Shown here in pieces: positions 17,710-30,433 of a stretch of 64,000 nucleotides of DNA; within the stretch, counting starts at the first letter, position 1, and each line of letters opens with the position of its first letter. The notes beneath the pieces were generated by a model that saw nothing but the letters and a program-made list of their open reading frames with translations, searched no databases and had not been told where the DNA came from. The position numbers and the translations under genes are program-made. The stretch comes from Emiliania huxleyi CCMP1516 (taxonomy: Eukaryota), in NCBI RefSeq assembly GCF_000372725.1, contig NW_005201092.1, positions 232,395 to 296,394 of the forward strand, written 5' to 3'.

Positions 17710-19767
17710 ATGGCGGCGCATAGCTCTGGCGATGGCTTCGCCGAGGAGGTGAACCTGACTGCCGCCCTCACCACGTTCACTTCGCCAGCCTCGGCGTGGA
17801 CGATCGGCGCTCACCTCGCCAGCGCCGTCAGCCTCGGCGTCCCTGAGGGGCGGCTGGCGCTCTGGCGCAAGCACGGCGGCGGCGAGCTGGAGCCGGCCCT
17901 CACGAGCGGCGCCGTCGCCCTCCTCGACGCGCAGTGGATCATCAGCCACGCCGAGGCGAGCGGCGTTCTCACTCACCGCCAGTCGCTGCCCAGAGAGGCC
18001 TTCCTCTCGCTCGCCGACCTTATATTCGCGATGGCAGATCCTGCGGTCTTTGGCCTGCCCGTCGCCGTGCTGTCCTGTCCGTGGCTCACAACAAGCCACC
18101 CCGACCCACGCGGAGCCAACCTCTCCCGTGTCGCAAAGGCGCTGAAGGCGCTGCTCGGCTCGTCCTACATCAGCCGGCTAGGCGTCTTTTGGGACTTCGG
18201 CTCGCTGCACCAGCACCCCGACCCGGCCAACGGCGTCATGCGCACCGAGGAGCAGAACGCGCTATTCAAGCAGGGGCTGGACTGCCTCGGCACGCTCTAC
18301 TCCCACCCGTTTACGACCGTGCTGCGCCTGACCTCCTTCCCGGACGGCCACAAGACGGAGGAGCAGCCCGAGGGCGCCAACGTGGCCGAGTACTTTGACC
18401 GCGGCTGGTGCTACGCCGAGAGCAGCTGGGCGAGTCTGACCAAGCGCGCGTCCTTTTCGCTCGACCTCGGCCGGATGCGCCCCGACTGCGAGTACGACCG
18501 GCCCGGCCTCATCTTCGAGTGCACGCGCGGCAACGGCTGGCGCCCTCCGCTGCTGCCGCCCCAGTTTGCGGCCGAGCTGGAGGCGAAGAGGGTCACCGAG
18601 GGCGAGGACAGGCCCGTCCTGCAGGCGATGGCGCTCCCTGCCCGCCCTTCCCTCGCGTCCTGCTTCCTCGTGTTCCTCAGCTCCTCTCTTCGTCCACAAC
18701 TCCCACGCACCCTCTCCTCTCGCGTCGTCCTATCGCCCTCTCACCCACACCCTTTTCCACCACGGCAGCGGCTGTACGAGGGCGCCTTCCATTCGCAGCT
18801 CGGCAGGGCGACGCGGCTGGACTGCGCCAGCCTCGGCTGGGGCGACGCCGAGGCGTCGCAGCTCGCGGCGGTCCTCGCGAGCGGCGCGGCGCCGCGGCTC
18901 GAGCAGCTCGACTTGTCCGGCAACCACTTCCTAGACACTTCCTAGACACTTCCTAGACACTTTCTAGGCTCGAGCAGCTCGACTTGTCCGGCAACCAGGT
19001 TGGCGACGCGGGGCTCGCGGCGCTAGATGCCGACGGCTCAGATCAGCTCCAGTGCTAGCACTGGAGAAGACTCGGACCCGGACTCGGCTGCATGCACCCG
19101 TGGTGGCTAGTGCCGGAACGCGATGTGCTGCAGTTAGTGCTCAGTCCTGCATTCAGCTAGTACTCAGTCCTGTTGCAGGCTCGCGGAGCTCTCCGCCGCC
19201 CTCAACGCCGTGCCGCGGCTGGAGCGGGTCGACTTGCGCGCCAACCGGATCGGCGACGGCGGCATCAAGGCGCTATCGGTCGCACTCGCCACGGACGGCA
19301 CCGCCCCGCGGCTCGAGACGCTCAACCTCAGCAGCAATATGGCGCCCGCCCCTTCATTAGGGGAGGCTAGCCATGCACTGGCGGTGGTGGAGCCCCTCAC
19401 CCGTATCTTCTTGCCAAGGTGAGCGACGAGGGGCTCAAGGTGCTGGCTGTCGCGCTCAAGAAGAAGCAAGCCGCGCCGAGCCTGAAGGCGCCCCCCCCCG
19501 CCCGCCCCCCCAATCTCTCTCGTCACGCACTCAGCAGCGCGGCTTGCCCCCGATTGCACGACACGAAATACCCTCATTACCGCCGTCTCACCCCGCGAGC
19601 ATCCGTCTGGCAAGCAACATGCCATCATTCTCGCAATCATTCTCACAACTGCCCCCCCCTCCTCCCTTCCCCGTTCGCCCCGTGCGCAGAACCTCACCGT
19701 AGAGAGCAAGCCGAGCACCGAGCGTGTGGCTGGGTGTAAGAGAACCTGGGTTGTGGCGCGGCATTGA
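17710..19767 (+). CDS. HET-like domain protein with C-terminal ribonuclease-inhibitor-type LRRs (spliced)
   Basis: LSCPWL...HPDP, FWDFGSLHQ, LYSHP and YFDRGWCYAE resemble HET-domain motifs. LRRs: LEQLDLSGNQVGDAG, LERVDLRANRIGDGGIKAL, LETLNLSSN. The 3' end is tentative. Confidence 0.7.
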
Positions 19768-19788
19768 CCGTTGCGCCCCTGCGACGGT

Positions 19789-19930
19789 AAGGTAAGGTAA
19801 GGTAGATTTCTCCACACACACAAAGTGGTGGGGCAAGGGGGGGCGACCCTCGCATCTCCACGCCCGGACACGGGCAGGAGCCCCACGGCATTCAAAGTGC
19901 AAGCACTGGCCCGGTGCACGTGGGTGAGCA
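19789..19930 (-). mobile_element. Dispersed repeat family C with (CCTTA)n tail
   Basis: Reverse-complement match to 30257-30393. Partial copies at 51200-51288 and 12316-12358. Confidence 0.7.
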
Positions 19931-21712
19931 GCCTGCCCCTCCCTCCCGACAAACCAACTCCCGCACACACACAATCGCACTCTGGCCATCGAATGACTCC
20001 GAATGAGCAATGACTCACTGTGTGTGCTAAGACAGTGTGGTGAGGTGGCAACGACACCAGGGTCGCCCCGCCCCTTGCCCCACGCCACGTTTTGTGTGCG
20101 TGACAGTCACAGCCTGAACACAGGGCCTCCCCTTCGTGGGCACGTTTACTTACTTTGTACCTTCCCCCCCTTTCCTTATCGGCACCTCTGCAGACTGCAC
20201 CTCGCTCTCGCATCATCAATGCTTATCTCAAAAAAAATTGTTCCAGTCTTAGCAAGCAAAAGGGAGCACACACGACTTAGCAAGTCCGCACTAGCGACTG
20301 CCACTCGCCTAACCATGCCTCGTCACGAGTGCTCTCCCAATCGCGTACAGGCATACACACTCCGCCTGTTCTCACCCAAACACTCTATCACACCCTTGCC
20401 TCCCTGCCAGAGCGAGCTAGATTCTCCCCGCCTCCCTCCCGCCTCTGCCGCGCGCCTTCTATGGACGTCAAGTGCAGCACCTAGGGGGAGAGAGGGGGTT
20501 TGCCCTGGTAGGGAGGTGGCGAGGCCGCGCACTGCAAACCCAGTGTGAGGAGTGGGGGAGCTGGGACAGGGCGTGTGCGCCTCTGATCTGTCATGGTCTA
20601 GTGGCCGATAGGATCCTCCCTTAGGCAGCGATGGCGGGTCGGGAGAGGCCCGAGTTCTCAGCCCGCCACTTACTGTCAGCCTCTCTGACTGCCCAGGGTC
20701 TCACCACGATGCCGCCCGAGTAGAGGGGGTAAGAGGTGTGTAGAGTGCGGCTGTGTATGGAACCTCTCTCTCCGTGGATCCCACCTGAGCCCACTCGCGG
20801 TGCGAAGGCTCCTAATGCGGCAACTGAGCCCGCAAGGGTGGGTCACTAAGGGGGAGGTTACGTTGGTTGATATGTTGTGTTGTGGCGTAAAGCTGTGCAG
20901 CGGCGCAGCGAGCCCTGCCGCGGCTCGTCGTCGAGACTGGTCGGTGGGTGGTGCCTGTAACAGCTGAGGCAGGGAGGCTGCCTGAGTAGCGCAGCCCGAG
21001 GAGTTGGGATGATAGGTGGAGAGACAGGTGCGGCCGTACCTGGGTATGGCGGTAGGCTGGTGGCTAGGGTTAGCTGGGCGCGCACGGCGAGTCCAGTCAC
21101 ATATTGCCGCCCCGCAACAGCGATGTGAGTGGTCTCTCAGTGCGCGCTCTGCGTCCCTAGAACGTGGCGTGGCGTTGATGCTGAAGCAGTAAAATGGTAC
21201 TATATCAGGCAGTGAAGCATTAGTCGTCAATTTTGCAAGCCGGCTTGCAAAGCCGTTCGGAGCGCCTGATTCGAGCGAGTGGAGGCAGGTTCGAGACCCG
21301 GTGGGGGGGTTTGGGGGGGTCGCCCGTCGCCCATCGGACCATCAAGGGATCCGTCAAATCCGTCGAATCTGTCGACATCTGTCGCCAGCTGGCGCGGCTC
21401 ACGCCGGCCGCTGCGCCAGATTTTTTTTTGTGCTAGGCACAGGGTTGGTTGTGCCGGGCCGCCCCCGCGAGAGAAACTCGTCAGTAAAACTCTCGGGCGG
21501 CCCGGGCCGCCCCGGCTGTCTGAGGCTGGCACGCAGTGGCAAAAGCCCGCGGCTCGTCGCCAAGGAGTTACGAAGTTTTTTTTGCTTATCTCAATGCCGG
21601 CACATGTCCTGCTCCCTCTCTCGCGCGCACTCGCCCATTCATATTCTGTGTATGGGGGTAAAGGCGTGATTCATGGCTCTGGAGCCTTTCGCGCCGTCCC
21701 CACGACAGATCA

Positions 21713-22525
21713 TCATGAAAGGAGCCGATCGGTCAGCCAGGTCGGAAGGTGATTGAAGAGCCAGCAGAGCAGCCAGACGCCCATGCCCTTCACGCGGCCG
21801 ACGTGGTAGCGGTGCCGCGGCCTGCAGCCAAGCGCGTGCCGCACCGCGCGTAACACCACCTCGGGCGGATCCTCGCCGTGTACGGCGTTCATGGCCGTGG
21901 AGATGTTGCCCGGCTTGACGAGGCTAACCGCCACGCCCCTTTTGGCCTCTGACCGCCGCAGGTTATCGCAGAGGCCCTCCACCGCAAACTTGGAGGCTTC
22001 GTAGTACGCGTGGCCCTCACCGATCGCACCGGCTATGGTGCCGAAGTATGATCCGATAATTATCAGCCGGCCGGCGCCGCCGGCCTCGCGCAACATCGGC
22101 AGGAACGCGCGCGCCGTGACGGCCACGCCCACGACATTTGTGGCGAATATCGCCGTCGCAACGCTGGCTTCGCTGAGCTCGGTTGGGGTCTTCCCACCTG
22201 CCGCCTGCGTGATCCGATCGCCCTCGGGGTTAATGCCCGCATTGGCGATGACGCCAACGAGGCGCAGGTTTTGAGATGCCAGCAGCGCGTTCACGCTCAT
22301 GACCGCCGGCTCCGTGTGGGCGGAATTGGTCACGTCCATCACCACTGCCGTTAGGCCCTCAGCCTTGAGTGCGACGACGTCCTCGACCTTGCGAACCGTC
22401 ACGATGGCGAAGAACCCGCATGCGTTGAGGCCCTCGGCAAGCGCCCGGCCGATGCCACCGCGGCCGCCGGTGATGAGCACGGCGCTGCCAGGGGTCGAGG
22501 CACTAATGTCTGTTGTTGGTGTCAT
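21713..22525 (-). CDS. Short-chain dehydrogenase/reductase, intronless
   Basis: TGGRGGIG, ANAGI, catalytic S and YEASK, VSLVKPG. Confidence 0.93.
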   Translation of the reverse strand: MTPTTDISASTPGSAVLITGGRGGIGRALAEGLNACGFFAIVTVRKVEDVVALKAEGLTAVVMDVTNSAHTEPAVMSVNALLASQNLRLVGVIANAGINPEGDRITQAAGGKTPTELSEASVATAIFATNVVGVAVTARAFLPMLREAGGAGRLIIIGSYFGTIAGAIGEGHAYYEASKFAVEGLCDNLRRSEAKRGVAVSLVKPGNISTAMNAVHGEDPPEVVLRAVRHALGCRPRHRYHVGRVKGMGVWLLCWLFNHLPTWLTDRLLS

Positions 22526-22581
22526 GCTCCGGGCCGGAGACTGGTGGATTCGTTTAGGGGGGGGGGGGGGGGGGCACTTGA

Positions 22582-22652
22582 GTCCACCCATACCGCGTCG
22601 GTGTCCAGTCCGAGCCTGACTGTTCTTCACCTTCCTACATACATACATACAT
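22582..22652 (+). mobile_element. Family B repeat copy with (CATA)n tail, directly upstream of the SDR gene
   Basis: Near-identical to 4851-4919. Confidence 0.65.
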
Positions 22653-23301
22653 TCTTTCTTTTCCTCTTGCTACAAGTCCTTCTTTTTATTGTGGTTTTCC
22701 CCTGAAGTTCTTCCTTTGCTCTGAGGCGCTCGGCCTTCGACGCCAAGGTTGCGGCGGCAAGGGCGAAGGCGCAAGCGGCTGTGGAAGTCGGGCAGCAGCG
22801 CAAGGCGGCGAAGACGGCCGCGAGCGAGGAGTTTGCGCGCCAGCAGCTCGCATCGGCGCAGGCGATGGGGGCGGCGGCGGGGGACACCGAGTCCGCAGCG
22901 GAGCCCGCCACGGCGCCTAACCCCGCGCCCCCCGCGGCGCCGGCCCCGGCCGCAGCCGTGCAGGCCGCGGCCCCTCCCACGGCTGCAGCCGCACCGGCTG
23001 CGGCCGCGGGCCCGTCAAATGCGACGACGGCCGCCATTAGCGCCCTCCTCGCCCAGCGCATTGCTTAGTGGTGCGCTCGCCTCCCTCCTGCGCGACGCTC
23101 ATTCGAGCGCGTTGTCTGTCTTGGCGCGCGCGCAGCGCGCGCGAAGAGGTGTGAAGAGGGGGGTCGTGTCCGGTGTGAAGGGTAACCCACCAGGGTATCA
23201 GCCTATCCTCTAGGGGCCCAATGCGGGTCCTCTCAAGAGGGTATCAGGGTATAGCCCTGGGGTATGATCTGGCATACGATGATACTCCGCGAACTCGAGT
23301 A

Positions 23302-23784
23302 TCAAGAGTCGCCCTCTGTGACCGAGAGCGCCACTCTGCGCTCGCCGAGTGCGGCCGCGAGGTACTCGTCGGTCCACTTGCGCGTTGCCGGCCAGCCGTC
23401 CAGGAGGCCGGTGAGCACTGCCGGCTGCGAGTCGCGGACCAGCGCGAGCAGCTGCGAGGCGTTCGGGCGGTGAAGCCGCGCGCAGCTCGTGGCGTCGGGA
23501 CGCGCCTCGCTCGGGACGGTGTGCTGGTCGTACAGGTGAGCGTATGGCGCGCGACTCATGTCCAGCAGCGCGTGGTGCTCCGCCCACGTGCAGCCGAGTG
23601 AGCGCGCGCTGCAAAAGCGGGTCACCGCGAGTGCGTGCCGGATTGCGGCGTTGGAGAGTTCGGCCGCGCTCACGGAGTTCGCGGTCGACCAGCTGCGCCA
23701 CTCTTCGGAGAGCGCGGCGGGAGGCTCCCGGAACTTTGAAAAGGTGGGCACCGCAGGGGAGGAGAGGAGCGGTGCCACCTGCAT
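23302..23784 (-). pseudogene. Truncated JmjC/cupin_8-type protein (N-terminal part only)
   Basis: SQPAVLTGLLDGWPATRKWTDEYL matches the N-terminal motif of JMJD5/7/FIH-like proteins. The ORF stops in unrelated sequence, and no HxD...H motif was found downstream. Confidence 0.6.
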
Positions 23785-24440
23785 ATGGACGAACGGATCG
23801 GACAGAGGTGAGCGGTCAGCGTGAGCGGTCAGCGTGACGTCAGCGGTGACGTCGACCCCGATTTTTTCTCGGTTAGACGCTGTTCATTCACAAAATTTCC
23901 GGTGTCCGCGTCCCCGCGAGCTGCGAGTTCACCTATGAATCCTTCTAACGCCGCCCTGCTGTGACCGGCGAGCGGCGTCCCCAGATGCAATCGAGCAGCT
24001 TCGTAGCAAGCCCGATATCCAAGCTCGAGGGCCTCATACTTCATACTAGGCAGGCTTGGCCCGTCTTTGTGGAGCGACTTTGACTTTGTGCGCCGCGCAC
24101 GCCGCTTCCTACAGGGAGGCATACACTCGATCTCTCTCTCTCTCTCTCTACACACACACAGCCACGCGTCCGCTAACAGGGAGGCATACACAGCCGCGTC
24201 GTCCTTTGCCCCGTCCTCTCCTGCAAAGGGAGGCAAACTAGGCACAGTGTCCTGTACCGTGTTTGTTATGACCCCCCCCATGAACACACCAGCAAGGGAG
24301 AGGGCGAGACGATCGAGGGGTCCCGTGTCCCGTTCTCCCGTACCATGCGGAATCGACCCTATCCAGTGCTCACCGCCCCGCACAAACAGACGTTACACCA
24401 CACGCCAAACAGCCAAAAAAGAATTTTATGAAAAATAATT

Positions 24441-24887
24441 TTACAACAAAACTCCCTCGCACGACACTGGGCACAGGACTGGGCACGGGACTGGCTCGCA
24501 CTGGCACTAACACAGGTACACCACGGGAGCCGCCTAAGCGACTCCTGCGAGGGTGGCGAGGCACTTAGCTCCGTGCACCCGCCCACCCCCGCCACAGGCA
24601 AGCTCATTCACAATCTGCTCTGCGATTGCCGTGTGAAGAACGACTGAGATGCGCTGCTTCTGCAGCCCCAGCCAGCTCTTGGTGGTCCAAGTCACCTCAT
24701 CGAGGTACTGGGCCCGCGTCAGCTTGTTCTGTAGTACGTCCGCCGCCTTCCTGAGGATCTCACGGACCCCCTTTCCGAACCCGCCGAACGATTCGAACAG
24801 CAGCAGCTGCACTTCGACGCCCTTGTCTTCCCTGGCGTAGCGATAGTCCCCGCCGTAGGACGGTATGCGGCGGTCGCCGCCCACCAC
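24441..24887 (-). mobile_element. 3' end of an RLE-type (CRE/NeSL/R2-like) non-LTR retrotransposon, family A: ORF C-terminus plus 3' UTR
   Basis: LLLFESFGGFG...QKQRISVVLHTAIA resembles the C-terminus of restriction-like endonucleases. The ORF end and 3' UTR recur at 45176-45303, 30446-30528, 30676-30782 and 55707-55742. Confidence 0.7.
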
Positions 24888-25636
24888 CCTGCCCCCCCTG
24901 GTATGCCAGCGCCCGGTCCCTGAAAAATAAGCTGAGCTGAACTATTATCCCGCCGTTGCAACTGCCATGTCACGGCCGGTCGGCTGCAGCTCTCGCCTCG
25001 CTGGCGGCGCGGTCTGGTGCCGCGGCGCCCAGCTCTCCTGTGGGCTCGCGGCGGCTCGCCGCCGCGGTGCCGAACAATGTGATCAGNNNNNNNNNNNNNN
25101 NNNNNNNNNNNNNNNNNNNNNNNNNNNNNNNNNNNNNNNNNNNNNNNNNNNNNNNNNNNNNNNNNNNNNNNNNNNNNNNNNNNNNNGGCGCGAAAACGAA
25201 TCTGCGAGGCGTGGCCGCTCACGCGGCCCGATGGGGAGGAGGGGAAGACGTAGGGCGTGCTTGCGCGCCTTTCCGAGGCCCCTCCAACCCACCCGCGCTA
25301 GGTCTCGGGTTTGACGCATGGGGTCACACCCGCGAAACTCGTGAACTAGCCGGGGCAGTCGGAGAAGGGGCAACTCCGTGCACTGACGGTCGGCCGTCAG
25401 AAAACACGCCTCCGTGGCTCGGGTTACACCAATCCTCGCTACCCAACGCGGCCAAAGGATATCCACCTCGAGAACCTCGAGAGATGATACTATACCAAGC
25501 TGAAGTGTCGAATCCAGTGAAGCGGCTGCGGCAATAGCAGACAGCGACCGCTCGACTTACTGCCCTTGTTCACTCCTGCCTCGCCGCTCTCTCTTCGCGT
25601 GTGTCCGATCTGACTGGCGGCCCTGTTCTCAGTCAT

Positions 25637-28108
25637 ATGAGCAACCCGCCTGTCGTTTGCGACAATGGCGATCGCCCGCAGCGGCTCGCATTTGTGTGCG
25701 TGCCGCTCCCTCTCTCACGCTCCGTCGCCGCCACCGCAGTTTGTCAAGTGCGGCTTCGCGGGCGACAACTTCCCTACGCACATCTTCCCGTCGATTGTCG
25801 GCCGGCCCATCCTCCGCGCCGAGGAGAAGGTGGGGCAGGTCCAGCTCAAGGTGCGTGGCCCGCGTGAGTGCGGGCGTTGGCGTCGCCTCTCCACGCCCGT
25901 GCTGCCGTCGGGGAGTGCACACAGAGAGCGGGATGGAGGGTGGACGGAGCGGCGGCGGGCGCACAGCGTGGCGCGGCGAGGGCGCGGTGGGCGCGACGTG
26001 AGCGCGCGTGCCCTTCCCCGCCATACCGCGTGTCTGCCACCCGTCCCTGCCGCAGGACATCATGGTTGGCGACGAGTGCACTGCGGCACGGGACATGCAT
26101 GGGCAGCCTAGATGTCTCCTCTGCGATCCGTCTGTGCGTGCAGTCTGGCTGTGCTGCCCCCGCCCTCACACCTCGCACGCGGCCTCCCCAAACACACACA
26201 CACACAAACACACCCGCTGGCCGTGCTGAGGCCGGCAAGCGCCGCTTGCACAACGTGCGCCGCCCTTGTGTCCGTGCCGCGGTAGGCTGGAGACGTCGTA
26301 CCCAATCTCCCCACATCTCCCTAAATCTCCCTGAATCTCCGGTAGGCTGGAGACGTCGTGCCCAATCACGAACGGGGTCGTGCAGCGGTGGGAGGACATG
26401 TGCCACCTCTACGACTACACCTTTCGCGAGAAGCTGAAGATCGACCCCACGGAGCACAAGATCATGCTGACCGAGGCGCGCACGCACGCACGCACGCACG
26501 CACGCTCGCACGCACACACGCACGCACGCACGCTCGCGNNNNNNNNNNNNNNNNNNNNNNNNNNNNNNNNNNNNNNNNNNNNNNNNNNNNNNNNNNNNNN
26601 NNNNNNNNNNNNNNNNNNNNNNNNNNNNNNNNNNNNNNNNNNNNNNNNNNNNNNNNNNNNNNNNNNNNNNNNNNNNNNNNNNNNNNNNNNNNNNNNNNNN
26701 NNNNNNNNNNNNNNNNNNNNNNNNNNNNNNNNNNNNNNNNNNNNNNNNNNNNNNNNNNNNNNNNNNNNNNNNNNNNNNNNNNNNNNNNNNNNNNNNNNNN
26801 NNNNNNNNNNNNNNNNNNNNNNNNNNNNNNNNNNNNNNNNNNNNNNNNNNNNNNNNNNNNNNNNNNNNNNNNNNNNNNNNNNNNNNNNNNNNNNNNNNNN
26901 NNNNNNNNNNNNNNNNNNNNNACCGCGAGGCCCTCGTCGAGACGATGTTCGAACAGTACAACTTTGCGCGCGTGCACTGCGCCATCCAGGCGGTGCTGGC
27001 GCTGCAGGGCTCGCTCACCGGCGAGGTGGTCGACTCTGGCGACGGAGTGACGCACATCGTCCTCATTGATTAACTCTTGATTACTCTGAATGCGTTCATT
27101 AATTAGGCGACGGAGTGACGCACATCGTCCCGGTCTACGAGGGCTACGCGCTGCCCGCTAACATCCGCCGCCTTGACGTCGCGGGCCGCCACATGACCGA
27201 GTGAGATCTCCCCAGATCTCCCCAGATCTCCCCATACCTCCCGCCACATGGCCGAGTGCCTGGACAAGCTGCTGCGCACGGCATGAGTTCTGTTCTCACG
27301 CGGGTTCTTTTCTCCCGCAGGCACCTGATCAAGCTGCTGCTGCTGCGCGGGTACACCTTCAACCGATCCGCAGACTACGAGAGACGGTGCGCGAGATGAA
27401 GGAGCAGGTGCGGCACTCCCTGCCTCCCCGTGTCTGCAGCTTGGCGTCTTGTGCCCCGTGTGTGCCGCGTCCTGTGCCCCCGAGTTCCTCTTCACGAGGG
27501 GCAGGTTTGCTACGTGGTACGACCACCGTGATGGAGAAGAAGCTTGCCCTCGAGACGACCACCGTGATTGAGGCGCGCCCGTCGGGCGCGTCTCACTCTC
27601 CCCGACGGGCGCGTCATCAAGGCGCGGCCCACACTTCCGGGACACCTCCGGGACACGTCCGAGACACCTCCGAGACACCTCCGAGACACCTCCGAGACAC
27701 CTCCGAGACACCTCCGAGACACCTCCGAGACACGTCCGAGACACCTCCGAGACACGTCCGAGACACCCTCCCCGGCGGGCGCGTCGGTAAGGCGTCGTGT
27801 CTGAAAAGTGGCGGGTGTCTTGCGGCGCCGCGCACCCGCGGCTGCGCGGGGTGGGCCGGGGTGGGCGGAGGTGAGAGCAGGTGGGTTCGAGTCCCTAGGT
27901 GGGTGCGGAGCGGTTCGAGGCGCCCGAGGCGCTCTTCCAGCCGCGGCTCGTGGACGTGGACGGGAAGGGGCCCGGCGAGCTGCTCTTCCCAGGCATCCCC
28001 CCCCCTCCCTTCCCATCCCTCCCCATATCTCCCCTTTCCTCCCCCTATCTCCCCGCCAGTCATCAACACGGCCGACATGGACCTGAGGCCAGAGTTTTAC
28101 AAGCACAT
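25637..28108 (+). CDS. ARP2: Actin-related protein 2, spliced, lacking roughly the last fifth to quarter
   Basis: [107 protein letters not shown]. No VLSGG or later motifs follow. Confidence 0.9.
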
Positions 28109-28221
28109 GTACCTGGTCAGCCATGCCCGCTGCGCTGCTCGAGATCCTCGATGAATAGCTAGCCGCGGTGCCCTGTGGTGGCTCGGTTTGTGTGTTATTT
28201 TGATCATTATTCTCTTCACAG

Positions 28222-29243
28222 CGCAGCGTGCCAGCAGGGTCACGTCGAGTGCGCCCAGCTGCTGCGCGGCGCTGGCGCTGACATCAACCAAGCGATGAAC
28301 GACGGTACCACGCCGCTGTCCGTTGCGAGCTTCAACGGCGAGATCGCATGCGTCCGGCTGCTCCTCGAGGCTGGCGCGGCGGTCAACCAAGCCCGCAACG
28401 ACGGCACCACGCCGCTGATCATGGCGTGCCACAACGGCCACGTCGAGATCGCCAAGCTCCTCTCCTCCTACGGCGCCTCCCGCGCCGCTACGCCCTTCGG
28501 CACGCCCGAGGAGTTTGCAACCGAAGAAGGCCACGCCGACCTCGCCGCCTGGCTGGTCGCCAGCCGCGCCAGCCGCTCCAGCACCTCGAGGCGTGCGCGA
28601 GACTAGCGGCCGAAGGCGTGAGCGCGCTGTCCTCACGCCCATTGCCCCTCTTCCGCAGGCGCTCACCGTCGAGCGGGCGCGGGCGCTGCTGCGCGGCGGC
28701 GCAGACCCGCTCGCCGGCGAGCCTTCTGCCCTCGAGCGGGCGCGCGTCCTCTGCTCGTGGGGCGAGTCGGATCCGACCGCTGCGGCAGTCGGTTCCACAG
28801 TCGCGATCCACTCTCTCGTCTCGCGGCCCTCGATGAACGGCAAGGTCGGCGTCGTCGTCTCCGCAAACGCTTCGACGGCCCGACTCGGCGTGCGCGTGGC
28901 GGGCGAGGCCAAGGCACTCGCACTGAGGCGCGCGATGCAATGGTCTCTCCCCGACTCGCCGGATCCTCTCTTTGACACACCTCTGCCCTCCCTCAGGCCG
29001 GCCAACCTGCAGCCAGCGGCCGAGGCGGTGGACGTGGGCAGGCTGATCCTCAAGGCGGCGGAGTGGTCGCCGCAGTCGCACGAGCTCTTCCCGGAGGCGG
29101 CTCGCAAGCGGGCGGTCGAGGTGATGCGGCTGGGCTACCTGATCGCCTGGGACGAGGAGCGCTTCGACAGCCGCGAGGGAGCGGCTCCAGAGCTGGCGGA
29201 CATCTGGCGCGGCTTTGTGCTGCCAAGGGTGGTGGTGCGATGA
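28222..29243 (+). CDS. Ankyrin-repeat protein, 3' portion (spliced)
   Basis: GHVECAQLL..AGADIN, GTTPLSVASFNG, GTTPLIMACHNGH, GHADLAAWL; C-terminal WSPQSHELFP block. It begins at a CACAG acceptor with no own start exon. Confidence 0.85.
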
Positions 29244-30177
29244 CTTCTCGTTCCGCACGGTTTTCAGTGAGAGGGCCAAACCTCCAGCAGGGGGTCTTGC
29301 CGTTGCCCGGATGCAGCTCCGCGTTGCCTGAGCGCCGCCGCGGAGTGCTGAGTGAGGCGGGGAGAACCAACTCTCGCGGCAATATTAGGAGTAGCAAGTA
29401 CAGTTGCATTCTGGATCCTTTTGAAGAGTAGATTACGTCGTGTCCTGTCTGCGTTTTCTTTATTCGGGCTGTTGGGTTGGCTGCATACAGCATAGCTCTG
29501 ACGTCTGAGCTGCGTGTAGCGCGCACCTGCCACCTCCGAGCCGAAACCCTTCGGGTCGCTCCTGAAGCAACCTCATCGCAAACCCTGTCAGCTCAATCCT
29601 CCTACTGGGCTGGGTTTTTAGGCATTGATTGTGGGGTTGGCACTCCCATCGACCCTCATGACCTCCTGCGGTCTCTGAGATGGACACCAGTGGGTGTGGG
29701 ACCACAGCCAGGATACACTCGAAGGCTGGGTAAGCAGTAGAGGTCGATACTCGACGCGCCCCACATGGTATGTGTCGCTGTCGGCACGCTGTCGACAGGA
29801 CGTCGAGCGACACCGGTGGCAGTGCCACCCAGGAGTGGTCGGGCGGTCTCCCGTCATGAGAGAGCCACCATGTGATCCGTATGATGATTCCTGACAACCG
29901 CCTCAGTCAACTTTCGTCACAGTTCGCGCTCTGAGAGGAGCTGCGGGTCAGTTCGACAGCTGGAGCTGTGTTGCCGGCGTGCGGCGGCCTGCCTCCGGAG
30001 GTGCCTCTGAGGTGGACATTTTTTGGTCACCGTGAGAGAACGCGTTCGAATTTTCACTCCGGAACTTCAACTCCACACGCGCACCGGCCAGGGCTACAAT
30101 AGTGCCAGTGAGGCGGAGGCGCGAGTCGGAAGGCCGCGACCGGGATTTGGTCCCGACATACGCTGTGAACCCAGCCA

Positions 30178-30179
<2 letters not shown>

Positions 30180-30255
<76 letters not shown>
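30180..30255. repeat. (CA)n microsatellite
   Basis: Direct reading. Others: (TG)n at ~14752-14820 and ~31650-31835, (GACA)n(GA)n at ~44293-44390. Confidence 0.98.
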
Positions 30256-30256
<1 letters not shown>

Positions 30257-30257
<1 letters not shown>

Positions 30258-30393
30258 GCTCACCCACGCGCACCGGGCCTTGCACTTTGAATGCCGTGGG
30301 GCTCCTGTCGTTAGACGTGGAGACGCGAGGGTTGCCCCCCCTTGCCCCACCACCTCGTGTGTGTGGAGAAGTTTACCTTACCTTACCTTACCT
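30257..30393 (+). mobile_element. Family C repeat with (TACCT)n tail
   Basis: GCTCACCCACG...TTGAATGCCGTGGGGCTCCTG...GTGTGTGGAGAA followed by the pentamer tail. Confidence 0.7.
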
Positions 30394-30433
30394 CAATCCT
30401 CCTGGCCGGGAATGTACGTAAGAGCTACATGCA

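Noticed and set aside
20280..21600. Compositionally distinct intergenic block, possibly TE-derived
   Set aside because: No second copy, coding motif or defined termini visible in this window.
22700..23068. Ala-rich plus-strand ORF
   Set aside because: Could be an orphan last exon, but has no start or recognisable domain.
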